Positions 41,241 through 50,350 of a stretch of DNA of 64,000 nucleotides are shown here, piece after piece. This stretch comes from an uncultured Spirochaetota bacterium (GTDB taxonomy: Bacteria; Spirochaetota; Spirochaetia; SZUA-6; Fen-1364). Both the position numbers and the translations under genes were made by a program. The DNA is taken from assembly GCA_963820525.1 (NCBI GenBank), contig CAWGAA010000001.1, positions 1,344,001 to 1,408,000 on the forward strand. Direction: 5' to 3'. Each line of letters begins with the position of its first letter. Within the stretch, counting starts at the first letter, position 1. The notes beneath the pieces were generated by a model. The model was not told the origin of the DNA. It saw nothing but the letters and a program-made list of their open reading frames with translations, and searched no databases.

Positions 41241-42091
41241 CAAGCGCTCTGCTGGCTTTCCTGATTGTATACCATGGCGATTTTTCTTTTCAACCAAAAA
41301 AGGCCGGAGTCCACGGTGCCTTTGGGGAGCCCCAACAGCTCGGCGATCTCCCGGTTTGTGGGATTGAGCATCACGCGGGACATCCGATTCATGGCGATTC
41401 TCATCCTTTTCCGAGCCTTCTCCAGGCGCACAAGGAGCGCTTCCCGACGCTCTGGCATGGCCTCCTCGGCAAGCTCGGTTTCCAGAAGCCGCGACTGCGA
41501 GAAAGCACGGTTTCGCCGGCCTCGAAAGCAATCAAACCTCCTCTCTCTCGGCTCGGCACGAGCCCTGAGGGTCGTCGCGTATCTCTCCAGCGTTTCCGCG
41601 GGCACTCCAGTGAGGGTCGAGAGCCCCGCTAATTTCTCCGGGGTCATCGAACGGATGCACTTCAACCCAAGGAGAAGGAGGTTTCTCCGATCCGCTTCAG
41701 TATCCAGAGACTTCATGATTCGAAAATCCGTAAAATCCGCGCACTCATTGCACTTTTCTTCCTCGGTCTCTTCATCACCGTTGTAGACGATCCTAAGAGC
41801 GACGTTCCAGCTCCGGTCAACCCTGCGCTTCTCTCGGGCGAAGTTTCGAAGCTGCCAGCTCAACACTGAGCAGAGGTATGACTCGAAGGGCTTCCCCTGG
41901 TCTCTGAAACGCGAGAGCAACCGAATGAGCCTGGGCTGGAAGTAGAGGTAAAAATCACCGCATGCATCCTCATCCCAGCCCAGCTTTCGCCGAGGGTATT
42001 GGTAGATTCGCGGCGATAGCTCTGTTACAAGCTCCTTCAGGCCGTCCCTCGTTTGTTGGAACGTGAGCACTTTTTGAGTGAGACTTTCCAT
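41240..42091 (-). CDS. Sigma-70-family (ECF-like) factor with central insertion
   Basis: Region-2-like DEDACGDFY...FESYL; region-4 HTH TNREIAELLGLPKGTVDSGL. Confidence 0.7.
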   Translation of the reverse strand: MESLTQKVLTFQQTRDGLKELVTELSPRIYQYPRRKLGWDEDACGDFYLYFQPRLIRLLSRFRDQGKPFESYLCSVLSWQLRNFAREKRRVDRSWNVALRIVYNGDEETEEEKCNECADFTDFRIMKSLDTEADRRNLLLLGLKCIRSMTPEKLAGLSTLTGVPAETLERYATTLRARAEPRERRFDCFRGRRNRAFSQSRLLETELAEEAMPERREALLVRLEKARKRMRIAMNRMSRVMLNPTNREIAELLGLPKGTVDSGLFWLKRKIAMVYNQESQQSA

Positions 42092-42504
42092 AATCGACTT
42101 TCCCCCTTTTGTTTGGTGACGGAGGAAAAGCAAATAGCGTGCCATAAAAGGGGTCTAAAATGGGCACATTGGAGGGGTTTCTTTACATTCGTTTACATTC
42201 AGAGAGGTGGGACGCGAGGCGGCCCGCCCTTGTTGGCCTTGCGGGGCGCAAGTCGGGCGCGCCTGCTCTCGGGTGCAGGGCGGGTACGTTGTTCGGCTGC
42301 GGTGGGGTGCGCCCTGCGAGGAGCGCTTTTTGAGCGTCGCTTTACGGCCTTGCGTGGCGGTCGGCCTGCCGGCAACGCTGTTAGGCTAGCCCGGCCCGCT
42401 CACGGCGGCCGCAGCCGTGCGCCCTTTCTGTCGGCCTTCTCCGCCCGCCCCCTCGCCGGGCGCGCCCTTCCCAAGGCGCGAGCCGCGCCTGCTGGGCCCG
42501 CCTT

Positions 42505-43473
42505 CTACTTCTTCAATATCGGCCCCAGCACTTCTATCACTTTCTTCTTGATCGGCTCCAGGGAGCCGGTCATGTCGCAGCCCGCGGCCTGGCGATGTCC
42601 GCCGCCGCCAAAAGAGACCGCTACGGCGCCCACGTCCACGGTGCGGTTGGAGCGGAATCCTACGGAGAAACGCCCTTCGAATTCTTCCTTTATAAAGACC
42701 ACTACTTCGTTTCCCTTTACAGTCTGGAGGAGCCTGTAAAGCTCGTCCTCGCCGCGGAGGTAGCCCGCCATCCGCGCGCGGTCATCCATGGTCTGCCAGG
42801 TCAAAAGCAGCCTGTCCCCCCAGTAGCTTTCCGTGCGCTGGAGCATGAGGGCCAGGAGCTTGCGCGAGTGGAGGTCTCGCTTGCCGTAGACCATCTGGAA
42901 GATCTCTGCGGTGGAAGTGCCGGCCTCCACAAGGCGGGCAATCGTTCGAAAGGTTTCGCCCGTTCCCGGGCCGAGGTGGCGGAAGAAGCCGGTATCGGTG
43001 CACAGGCCGAAAAGAATCAGCCTGGCCTGTTCCGCAGATGGTGTCAGGCCGAAAGCGTCTGACAGGGCAAGCACGAGGAGCGTGGTCGCTGGGCAAGAGA
43101 TTACGACAAACCGGACGCTGCCAAAAGCCTCGCCCGAGGAGTGATGATCGATAACGAGCGTGGGCAGCCCTTGCACGCGTGCACCCACGCTGCCGGTGCG
43201 GTCCGCAGTGGAGCAGTCAAGGACCACGACGGCAGGATTTCCCTCCAGGTCGGAGGCGCGCACCTCGGAAGCAAACAGCCCCTCGAACTGGGAGATCTCC
43301 GGCCTATCGAAGGGGCCAACGGAGAAGAGGCGGTACTGCTTGCCCAGCGAATCGAGCAGCTCCCCGAACGCGATTTGGGAGGCGATGCAGTCGCCATCCG
43401 GCTCCTTATGCCCCAGGATGAGAAAGCGGGAATGGGAAGCGATGAAGTCGATTACGTCGTGAGGTACTTGCAT
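42505..43473 (-). CDS. nrnA: DHH/DHHA1 phosphoesterase (NrnA-like)
   Basis: H..PDGD, LDC, IDHH, TDTG.F, GGGGH..AAG. Confidence 0.9.
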   Translation of the reverse strand: MQVPHDVIDFIASHSRFLILGHKEPDGDCIASQIAFGELLDSLGKQYRLFSVGPFDRPEISQFEGLFASEVRASDLEGNPAVVVLDCSTADRTGSVGARVQGLPTLVIDHHSSGEAFGSVRFVVISCPATTLLVLALSDAFGLTPSAEQARLILFGLCTDTGFFRHLGPGTGETFRTIARLVEAGTSTAEIFQMVYGKRDLHSRKLLALMLQRTESYWGDRLLLTWQTMDDRARMAGYLRGEDELYRLLQTVKGNEVVVFIKEEFEGRFSVGFRSNRTVDVGAVAVSFGGGGHRQAAGCDMTGSLEPIKKKVIEVLGPILKK

Positions 43474-43478
43474 GGGAA

Positions 43479-44648
43479 TCAATCCAGGAGGAGGAGACGC
43501 CTCTGCCGCTCTCCTCCCGAAACCGTCAGCTTTCCATCGTGGATATACCCGTCGATCTCGCTTCGCATGCCGAAATCTTCCAGGTATATTCCCGGCTCGA
43601 TGGAGAAGCACGCGCCTTCACGAAGCGTGCGCTCATCGGGGAACTCCACGGAGTCGAGGTTGACCCCGAAGCCGTGCACGCGCCCCCCGATGGAGTGGCC
43701 TGTGCGATGTCGAATCCCCCGCGCGTACCCCGCATCGACGAGCTTCGCGCGCGCCGCCCGATCTACGTCGGCGCCGCTCAAGAGCTTGCCGGTACCCAGG
43801 CTCCCGCTGATGAGGTCCACCGCTGCCTCGCGGGCTTCCGCAACGGCGTCGAACGCTCGTTTGTATTCCGGCTTCGCCTCGCCATCCAGCACTCCAATCC
43901 AGGAGATATCGCCAAAGATGGAGCCCTCGACGCGCTCTTTCGCCCATATATCGAGCTGTATTACCAGCCCCCTCTCCAGAAGCGCACCGTCGCCGCGCGG
44001 CGAATAGTGCGGGTCGGCGCTCCCTGCGCCCGCTGCCACGATGGGAGGCTCGTCGCATTCAAGGCCGCGCTCAGAAATGAGGGCCTGCATCCACCCCTGG
44101 ACCTCGGCCTCGTGGAGGTGTTTCCCGGACGTCACTGCTTTCGCAATGCGCACCCAGACTATTCTCACGATATCGTAGAGCGTTTTTGCCGCCTTCTGGT
44201 GAGAGGCAATGCCGCGCTCGTCGATTGTCCCCAGGCAGCGTGCGAGGAGATTCTCCGATGATACCAGGCGGGCCCCGCCGCGTTCGAGAAGCATCGCCGT
44301 GCCATGATCGAGAAAGGAGCTCACGGGGAAGCGCGTGGAGAATTGGGCCGCCACGGGAGCGTTCCTCGGGAGGGCGTTTTCCAGGGCGCGTATAAACTCT
44401 TCGCGCGCGGAGTAAGCGGAGGACCTGCCGGGGACCTGGTCGAGGATGCCCGGCTCGATGGCATGGACCAGCTTGAAGGGGGGAAGATCGGGAAAGACCA
44501 CGCATGCCCAGGGCCTGGTATTGATGTGCCCCCTGGGCACCTGGAGGATCAAGTCCGAGATTTCGTCCCTGTGGAACACGTTATAAAAAAGCCACCCGCC
44601 GAGGTTCTCCTCGCGGATGGCCTTCTGTGCTGCATGAAGATCGATCAT
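43479..44648 (-). CDS. M24-family metallopeptidase (Xaa-Pro peptidase-like)
   Basis: PHY, LDIW..GDI, HRTGHSIG, FSIEPGIY, G.RSE. Confidence 0.88.
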   Translation of the reverse strand: MIDLHAAQKAIREENLGGWLFYNVFHRDEISDLILQVPRGHINTRPWACVVFPDLPPFKLVHAIEPGILDQVPGRSSAYSAREEFIRALENALPRNAPVAAQFSTRFPVSSFLDHGTAMLLERGGARLVSSENLLARCLGTIDERGIASHQKAAKTLYDIVRIVWVRIAKAVTSGKHLHEAEVQGWMQALISERGLECDEPPIVAAGAGSADPHYSPRGDGALLERGLVIQLDIWAKERVEGSIFGDISWIGVLDGEAKPEYKRAFDAVAEAREAAVDLISGSLGTGKLLSGADVDRAARAKLVDAGYARGIRHRTGHSIGGRVHGFGVNLDSVEFPDERTLREGACFSIEPGIYLEDFGMRSEIDGYIHDGKLTVSGGERQRRLLLLD

Positions 44649-44654
44649 CAGCCG

Positions 44655-45065
44655 TTAAAAACTCAGCTTCGGTTCCTCAATGCTGAACTGCGAGGTCAGG
44701 TCTTCAGAGGTATTGAGCTCACCCCATATAGTGTTCTGCATGTTTGCGGGCACGTGCAGGACGATATGGTCGAATTTCCCATCCACCCAGAAGATGGAGA
44801 AATAGGACAGGGCGCCGTACTGGTCCCAGATGATCATGCCCTTTCCGGCCGCCTTTCCGAACCAGGTGAGGGGAAGGTAAATGGACCCTACCTCGAGGTT
44901 GCTCTTGACGTAGACAACCTTGTAGCCGAGCGCGTGGGTGTACACCTTCACGATGGGAACCGTCTTCACGAAGACGTCCGAGGGACTCGTGGACTGCGAC
45001 TGGGCGAAAGAGGAGATGGATACCAGGAATATCAGCCCTACCAGAATGAGAAGGGTCTTCTTCAT
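44655..45065 (-). CDS. Secreted hypothetical protein
   Basis: Signal peptide MKKTLLILVGLIFLVSISSFA; co-oriented with neighbours. Confidence 0.75.
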   Translation of the reverse strand: MKKTLLILVGLIFLVSISSFAQSQSTSPSDVFVKTVPIVKVYTHALGYKVVYVKSNLEVGSIYLPLTWFGKAAGKGMIIWDQYGALSYFSIFWVDGKFDHIVLHVPANMQNTIWGELNTSEDLTSQFSIEEPKLSF

Positions 45066-45128
45066 TTCCCGCGGCCTCCTGACCTGTATCAAGCTATATA
45101 ATAGTTGTTTTCGCGCTGCTTTCAAGCA

Positions 45129-46070
45129 TTAAATCAGCGTGGCCATCATGAGGGCCTTGATCGTGTGCTTGCGGTTCTCGGCCTGGTCCCAGACCCGCGA
45201 TCGCGGCCCCTCGATCACCTCAGCGGTGACCTCGTTGCCCTTCACGGCGGGCAGGCAGTGGAGGAAGATGGAATCCCCTCGTCCCGTCTTCTCCATGACA
45301 TCAGGAGTCACCCGATACGGGGTCAGCAGGCGGACTCGCTCGGCGCTCTTGGCTTCCTCTCCCATGGAGACCCAGACGTCGGTGTATATCGCGTCCGCGC
45401 CCTTCACCCCCTCCGCAACATCGCTTGTAACCAGAAGCTCGGCGCCCGTCTTCCTGCCTTCCTCCCGCCCGTAGGCCACCAGGTCTGCAGCCGGCGCGAG
45501 CTCGGGGGGAGCCACGATGGAATAGTGCACGCCCATCTTGGCGCAGCCCACGATCAGCGTGTTGGACACGTTGTTCCTGCCGTCTCCGACATAGGCAAGC
45601 CGCTTTCCGCGCAGGGGGCCAAAGGCCTCCTCCAGAGTCATGAGGTCTGCAAGGGCCTGGGTGGGGTGCCAATCGTCGGTGAGGCCGTTGTACACGGGAA
45701 TGCCGGACCATTTGGCGAGGGTTTCAACGGTATCCTGCTTGAAGCCCCGGAACTGGATGGCGTCGAACATGCGGCCAAGAACGCGCGCGGTATCCTCTAT
45801 GGCCTCCTTGGAGCCGAGGTGGATGTCGGTGGTGGAGAGGAACACGGGGTGGCCGCCCTCTTCGCCGAAGGCAGTCTCAAAGGCGCAGCGGGTTCGTGTG
45901 GAGCGCTTTTCGAACAGAAGGGCCAGTGACTTTCCCTGGAACCTCCGGCCTACTCTGCCTCCCTTCTTCTCCCGCTTCAGCCTGTGGGAAAGCTCAAGCG
46001 TGTAGCGGATCTCCTCCGGGGTGAAATCCTTGAGCGTGAGCAGGCTCCTTCCTTTCAGATTCACTGCCAT
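45129..46070 (-). CDS. argF: Ornithine carbamoyltransferase (ArgF/ArcB)
   Basis: STRTR, HPTQ, DVWVSMG, HCLP, QAENR. Confidence 0.96.
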   Translation of the reverse strand: MAVNLKGRSLLTLKDFTPEEIRYTLELSHRLKREKKGGRVGRRFQGKSLALLFEKRSTRTRCAFETAFGEEGGHPVFLSTTDIHLGSKEAIEDTARVLGRMFDAIQFRGFKQDTVETLAKWSGIPVYNGLTDDWHPTQALADLMTLEEAFGPLRGKRLAYVGDGRNNVSNTLIVGCAKMGVHYSIVAPPELAPAADLVAYGREEGRKTGAELLVTSDVAEGVKGADAIYTDVWVSMGEEAKSAERVRLLTPYRVTPDVMEKTGRGDSIFLHCLPAVKGNEVTAEVIEGPRSRVWDQAENRKHTIKALMMATLI

Positions 46071-46095
46071 GTCCTTCTCCTTGTCCTTGAGGCGT

Positions 46096-47433
46096 TTATC
46101 GAGAGGGCGTATTCAGGGAGGATAGCTTGTCTTTGATGATGTCTTCAAGGTCCGGCTTGCCGATCTCCTGAAGCTCGTAGCTGACACGAAGCATCGGCTT
46201 GTCGATTCTCACGATCCGCCTCAGGTCCACCGGTGTGGCAATGATCACGATGTCGCAGGGAACGCGGCGGATGGTTCTCTCCAGATCCCGCACCTGCTCA
46301 TCCCCATATCCCACCGCGGGAAGCAGGGGGCCGATTCCGGGGTAGCGGGAAAAGATCTCCGCGATCTTTCCCTGGGCGAAGGGCCTCGGGTTGACTATCT
46401 CGGCGGCGCCGAACTTGCGCGCGGTGACCATTCCTGCCCCGTACTGCATCTCCCCATGGGTGAGCGTGGGGCCGTCCTCCACAACGAGCACGCGCTTTCC
46501 CCTTATGGCATCCCCGCCTTCCACGGAGATGGGGCTGGCAGCGTCGACCACGATGGCGCGAGGGTTCACGGCGCGGATGCTGGATCGCACCTTCTCGATG
46601 TCCTCGGGCTCCGCCGTATCAACCTTGTTGATCACCACGACATCGGCAAGCATCAGGTTGATCCTGCCCGGGAAATAGGTGAGCTCATGGCCGGGCCTGT
46701 GAGGGTCCGCCACGGTGATATGGATGTCCGGCCTATAAAAAGGAAGATCGTTGTTGCCGCCGTCCCACAGGATCACGTCGCCTTCAGCCTGGGCCTGGGC
46801 AAGGATCTGGGCGTAGTCCACCCCCGCGTACACGACGAAACCTTCATTTATATGCGGCTCATACTCCTCCATCTCCTCGATGGTGCATCGGTGGCGCTTC
46901 ATGTCCTCCATGGTCCGGAACCTCTGGACCGCCTGGGATACGAGGTCACCGTAGGGCATGGGATGGCGGACGATGACGGGCTTCTTCCCCAGGGATTTGA
47001 GGGCGCGCGCCACACGGCGGGTCGTCTGGCTCTTGCCGCTTCCCGTTCGAACGGCGCAAACGGCGATCACGGGAACCGCCGCTTCCAGCATCGTCTCCAT
47101 GGCGCCCAGGAGGATGAAGCTCGCCCCCAGCGCAACCACGCGCGACGCTTGCTCCATCACGTGCTGGTGCGACACATCGGAGTAGGAGAAGATCACTTCG
47201 TCGATGCTCTCGGTCTTGAGAAGCTCCTCCAGTCTCTCCTCCCCCACGATGGGGATGCCCTGCGGATACAGGGGGCCCGAAAGCTGCGGGGGGTATCTCC
47301 TCCCCGCGATGTCGGGTATCTGGGTTGCGGTGAACGCCACGACCCGCGAGCCTTCGTCTCCTCTATAGACGAGATTGAAGTTGTGAAAATCGCGCCCCGC
47401 GGCGCCCATTATGACGATGGTCTTTCGTTTCAT
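46096..47433 (-). CDS. cDPG-synthetase-like P-loop NTPase, probable arginine synthetase (ArcE-like)
   Basis: GAAGRDFHNFN, AVRTGSGKS, RHPMPYG, IEEMEEYEPH, WDGGNND, EDGPTLTHG; 25 bp upstream of the OTC gene. Confidence 0.8.
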   Translation of the reverse strand: MKRKTIVIMGAAGRDFHNFNLVYRGDEGSRVVAFTATQIPDIAGRRYPPQLSGPLYPQGIPIVGEERLEELLKTESIDEVIFSYSDVSHQHVMEQASRVVALGASFILLGAMETMLEAAVPVIAVCAVRTGSGKSQTTRRVARALKSLGKKPVIVRHPMPYGDLVSQAVQRFRTMEDMKRHRCTIEEMEEYEPHINEGFVVYAGVDYAQILAQAQAEGDVILWDGGNNDLPFYRPDIHITVADPHRPGHELTYFPGRINLMLADVVVINKVDTAEPEDIEKVRSSIRAVNPRAIVVDAASPISVEGGDAIRGKRVLVVEDGPTLTHGEMQYGAGMVTARKFGAAEIVNPRPFAQGKIAEIFSRYPGIGPLLPAVGYGDEQVRDLERTIRRVPCDIVIIATPVDLRRIVRIDKPMLRVSYELQEIGKPDLEDIIKDKLSSLNTPSR

Positions 47434-47496
47434 AGAATCCCTTTGGAAACGATTCGCCGAGGGCCTGTTTCCGGCAGGAAGCCGGCCGGGCCCGGA

Positions 47497-48309
47497 CTAC
47501 GAGCCGCTCTCAGCCTCGCCCCCGTCGCAGCAGCTGTCGTACACGATCAGCTTGCCGCCGTTTCCGGCCTGAACCTTCACGTGGCCGCCGAACGTGGCAA
47601 GAAGGAGCTCCGGGGTGAGCATTTCCGCCTTGCCCCCAAAGCCGATCAGCTTCCGATTCAGGAGCATGATGCGGGAAAAGCGCTCCGATGCGGTCTCCAG
47701 GTCGTGGGTGGAGACGAGGACCGTTATGCCGCGGGACACGAGGCTTCGAAGGATAGCGAAGATGTCGTTCTGGCTCTTCACGTCCAATCCCGTGAACGGC
47801 TCATCCAGAAGGACGATCTCCGCCTCCTGGGCGATAGCCCTTGCGAGAAACACCCTCTGCCGCTGCCCGCCGGAGAGCATTCCGATCTGTCGGTCCGCCA
47901 GGTCTGTCATATCTACCATTGAAAGGCACTGGCGCACGAGGTTTTTATCCTTGCGCTTTGGCTGGCGGAAGAGCCCGATCTTGCCCGTGCGGCCCATCAT
48001 GACAACGTCGAACACGGTGACGGGGAAGCTCCAGTCCACGCTGGTAGCCTGCGGCACATAGGCGATGCAGATGTGGCCCACCGGCTCGCTTCCGTACACG
48101 GTGATGGTGCCGGACTGGTAGGCCAGGACGCCAGACACGGCGCGAAAGAGCGTGCTCTTGCCGGCCCCGTTCGGCCCCACCACGGCCACCGAGTCTCCCC
48201 TTTGGAGCGAGAAGGAGACCCCGTCGATGACCTTCACGCTTCCCAGAAAAACCGTGAGGCCTGAAACATCGAGCACTGGCTGTGTGGTATCGTGCCGATC
48301 AAAGCTCAT
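47497..48309 (-). CDS. Metal (Zn/Mn) ABC transporter ATP-binding protein
   Basis: GPNGAGKST, YVPQ..VDWSFPVTV, LSGGQRQR, LLDEP, THDL. Confidence 0.9.
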   Translation of the reverse strand: MSFDRHDTTQPVLDVSGLTVFLGSVKVIDGVSFSLQRGDSVAVVGPNGAGKSTLFRAVSGVLAYQSGTITVYGSEPVGHICIAYVPQATSVDWSFPVTVFDVVMMGRTGKIGLFRQPKRKDKNLVRQCLSMVDMTDLADRQIGMLSGGQRQRVFLARAIAQEAEIVLLDEPFTGLDVKSQNDIFAILRSLVSRGITVLVSTHDLETASERFSRIMLLNRKLIGFGGKAEMLTPELLLATFGGHVKVQAGNGGKLIVYDSCCDGGEAESGS

Positions 48310-48541
48310 TTTACATAATCTACCGCCCAGACGAGGCCGTTGCAAGCGAAAGGGCCGATAGCGTGGCCGCCGGTCATTAGGGTTCTCATGACTACGCACG
48401 GCCGCTCGAGATAGTCAGACTTCAAAGCTCGCCGCCCGGCCGGCAGCTCAAGCGCATGGCGCCAAGCTAGGGGGCCCGGCGCTCGCAGGCTCGCCGTCCT
48501 GTCGCCGCCAAACCCAGTAGACCTCAAAAGACTGCCGATTC

Positions 48542-48570
48542 TTGACAGTTTTTTCACCGTTGGCTATAGT
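48542..48570 (+). promoter_or_regulatory. Sigma-70 promoter of tRNA-Leu
   Basis: TTGACA (48542-47), 17 nt, TATAGT (48565-70), 10 nt before the tRNA. Confidence 0.85.
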
Positions 48571-48580
48571 CAAACTTCCC

Positions 48581-48665
48581 GCTGCGGTGGTGGAATTTGG
48601 TAGACACGCTAGCTTGAGGGGCTAGTGCCCGAAAGGGTGTGCTGGTTCAAGTCCAGTCCGCAGCA
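48581..48665 (+). tRNA. tRNA-Leu(GAG)
   Basis: Acceptor GCTGCGG/CCGCAGC, anticodon arm CTAGC-TTGAGGG-GCTAG, long variable arm CCC-GAAA-GGG, T arm CTGG-TTCAAGT-CCAG; CCA not encoded. Confidence 0.96.
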
Positions 48666-48771
48666 AAACAAGTTATTTCTTAATAAGGAATTGCCGACTG
48701 TCCCTTAAAGTTATCGCAATCCGATTTTCCCAGCTGTTCTTTGCCGTTCATTCTCAGGATATACTCGGCCC

Positions 48772-49536
48772 ATGTTGACGCCCGCCCAGCGGTTCCTCGA
48801 CGCACTCTCCCAGTGGTTCCTGCCGGGAGCGGTGTACACGTTCGTCGGGGCCGGCGGAAAAACAACGGCCATGAAGCGGGTTGCGGCCTTCGTTGCGGAG
48901 ACCGGCGTGAAAGCCAGGCTGACGACGACGACGAAGGTCGGCATCGATGAACTCAACGACATTCCCGTGTCCCTGGTTCGCGGGCCCGAGGACCTGTCGC
49001 ACGCCCTCGTGGACGATGCTCCGGTGAGGCTTCTCGTCGGGGGTGTGATGCCCGACCAGGGAAAGTATGTGGGCCTCGACCCGCGCTTGATCGAGGACAT
49101 TTCTTTGAGCGTGGATACGGTGCTGCTGGTGGAAGGAGATGGGTCGAAAAGGCGTCCCATGAAGGTGCCCGAGAGCCGCGAGCCCGTCATTCCGGCCAAC
49201 ACCTCCACCGTGTTCGCGCTCATGGGCGCGGGCGCCTTCGACGAACCGATCGACGAAGTGCACTGCTACAACCACCAGAAGGCGCTGGTCCTGGTGGGAA
49301 GGACCGGCAGCTTCTTCGAGCCGCGGGTGATCGCCGCTCTTTCCGCGGACCCGGAGGGATGCTGCAAGGGAGTTCTGTCAGGGATGGCGTTCAGGCTTCT
49401 CATGAACCAGGGAGATCTCAAGCAGAAGCGCAAGTCAGCCGTCGAGGCGCTCAAGCTGGCGAGAGAGAGCTACGGGATCAAGGGAGCACTGGTATCTTTC
49501 CAGAAGGGGGTGCTGTACGACACGACAGATGACTGA
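48772..49536 (+). CDS. yqeC: Selenium-dependent hydroxylase accessory protein YqeC
   Basis: VGAGGKTT, TTTTK, LVEGDGSKRRPMK.P..EPVIP. Confidence 0.88.
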   Translation: MLTPAQRFLDALSQWFLPGAVYTFVGAGGKTTAMKRVAAFVAETGVKARLTTTTKVGIDELNDIPVSLVRGPEDLSHALVDDAPVRLLVGGVMPDQGKYVGLDPRLIEDISLSVDTVLLVEGDGSKRRPMKVPESREPVIPANTSTVFALMGAGAFDEPIDEVHCYNHQKALVLVGRTGSFFEPRVIAALSADPEGCCKGVLSGMAFRLLMNQGDLKQKRKSAVEALKLARESYGIKGALVSFQKGVLYDTTDD

Positions 49537-50350
49537 CGGTGGACCCTTGGCCGTCGTGAAGGGCGCCGGTGACCTCGCCACCGGGGTGGCACTCTCCTTG
49601 CGGGCGGCAGGTTTCCGCGTGATCATGACAGAGCTGCCCCATCCTACCGCCATAAGGCTTACCGTCTCATTCGCTGAAGCGGTCTATGCCGGCAGCCATG
49701 ACGTGGAGGGAGTGCGTGCAGAGCTTGCCACGATGGAGAGCTGGCCGTCGGTCTTGGAAGCGGGCAACGTGGCGGTGCTCGTGGACCCTCGTGGTGCAGT
49801 ATTGGAGCGCGCTGGCGCCGCGGTGATCGTCGATGCGATCATGGCCAAGTCCAACACGGGAACGACAAGGAAGGACGGCCCTGTTGTCATCGCCCTTGGC
49901 CCCGGCTTCACGGCGGGCAGGGACGTCGATGCTGTGATCGAGACCATGAGGGGCCACGAGCTGGGGCGAATCATTCGCGAGGGATGCGCACGTCAGGACA
50001 CGGGCATCCCCGGAGAAATCGGCGGCAAGACGTCTGAGCGGGTCCTGAGGGCGCCACGGGATGGACGCGTGACTCACAACAAGCGCATCGGGGACACGGT
50101 GGCGCAGGGTGAAGCCGTGATGCATGTGGAAGACGAGCCGGTCAGCGCGCCGTTCAACGGCTGCCTGCGTGGAATGATTAATGACAGAGTTTTTGTGCAT
50201 ATGGGCATGAAGATCGGGGACGTGGACCCTCGCGTGGATGCGCGCTACGTGCACACGCTCTCTGACAAGGCGCGGGCGGTCGGAAGGGGCGCGTTGGAAG
50301 CGGCGCTCTTGATCGGCCGGGAGCGCGGCGTACTGCGAGTGCTCAGGTAA
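49529..50350 (+). CDS. yqeB: Selenium-dependent molybdenum hydroxylase system protein YqeB
   Basis: KGAGDLATG, IR..VSF, VDAIMAK.N, LGPGF.AG, IETMRGH.LG, KIGDVDPR, SDKARA. Confidence 0.92.
   Translation: MTDGGPLAVVKGAGDLATGVALSLRAAGFRVIMTELPHPTAIRLTVSFAEAVYAGSHDVEGVRAELATMESWPSVLEAGNVAVLVDPRGAVLERAGAAVIVDAIMAKSNTGTTRKDGPVVIALGPGFTAGRDVDAVIETMRGHELGRIIREGCARQDTGIPGEIGGKTSERVLRAPRDGRVTHNKRIGDTVAQGEAVMHVEDEPVSAPFNGCLRGMINDRVFVHMGMKIGDVDPRVDARYVHTLSDKARAVGRGALEAALLIGRERGVLRVLR

Noticed and set aside
48581..48700. tRNA-Leu as an island integration site
   Set aside because: I saw no integrase and no duplicated tRNA 3' end in the window (by-eye search only).
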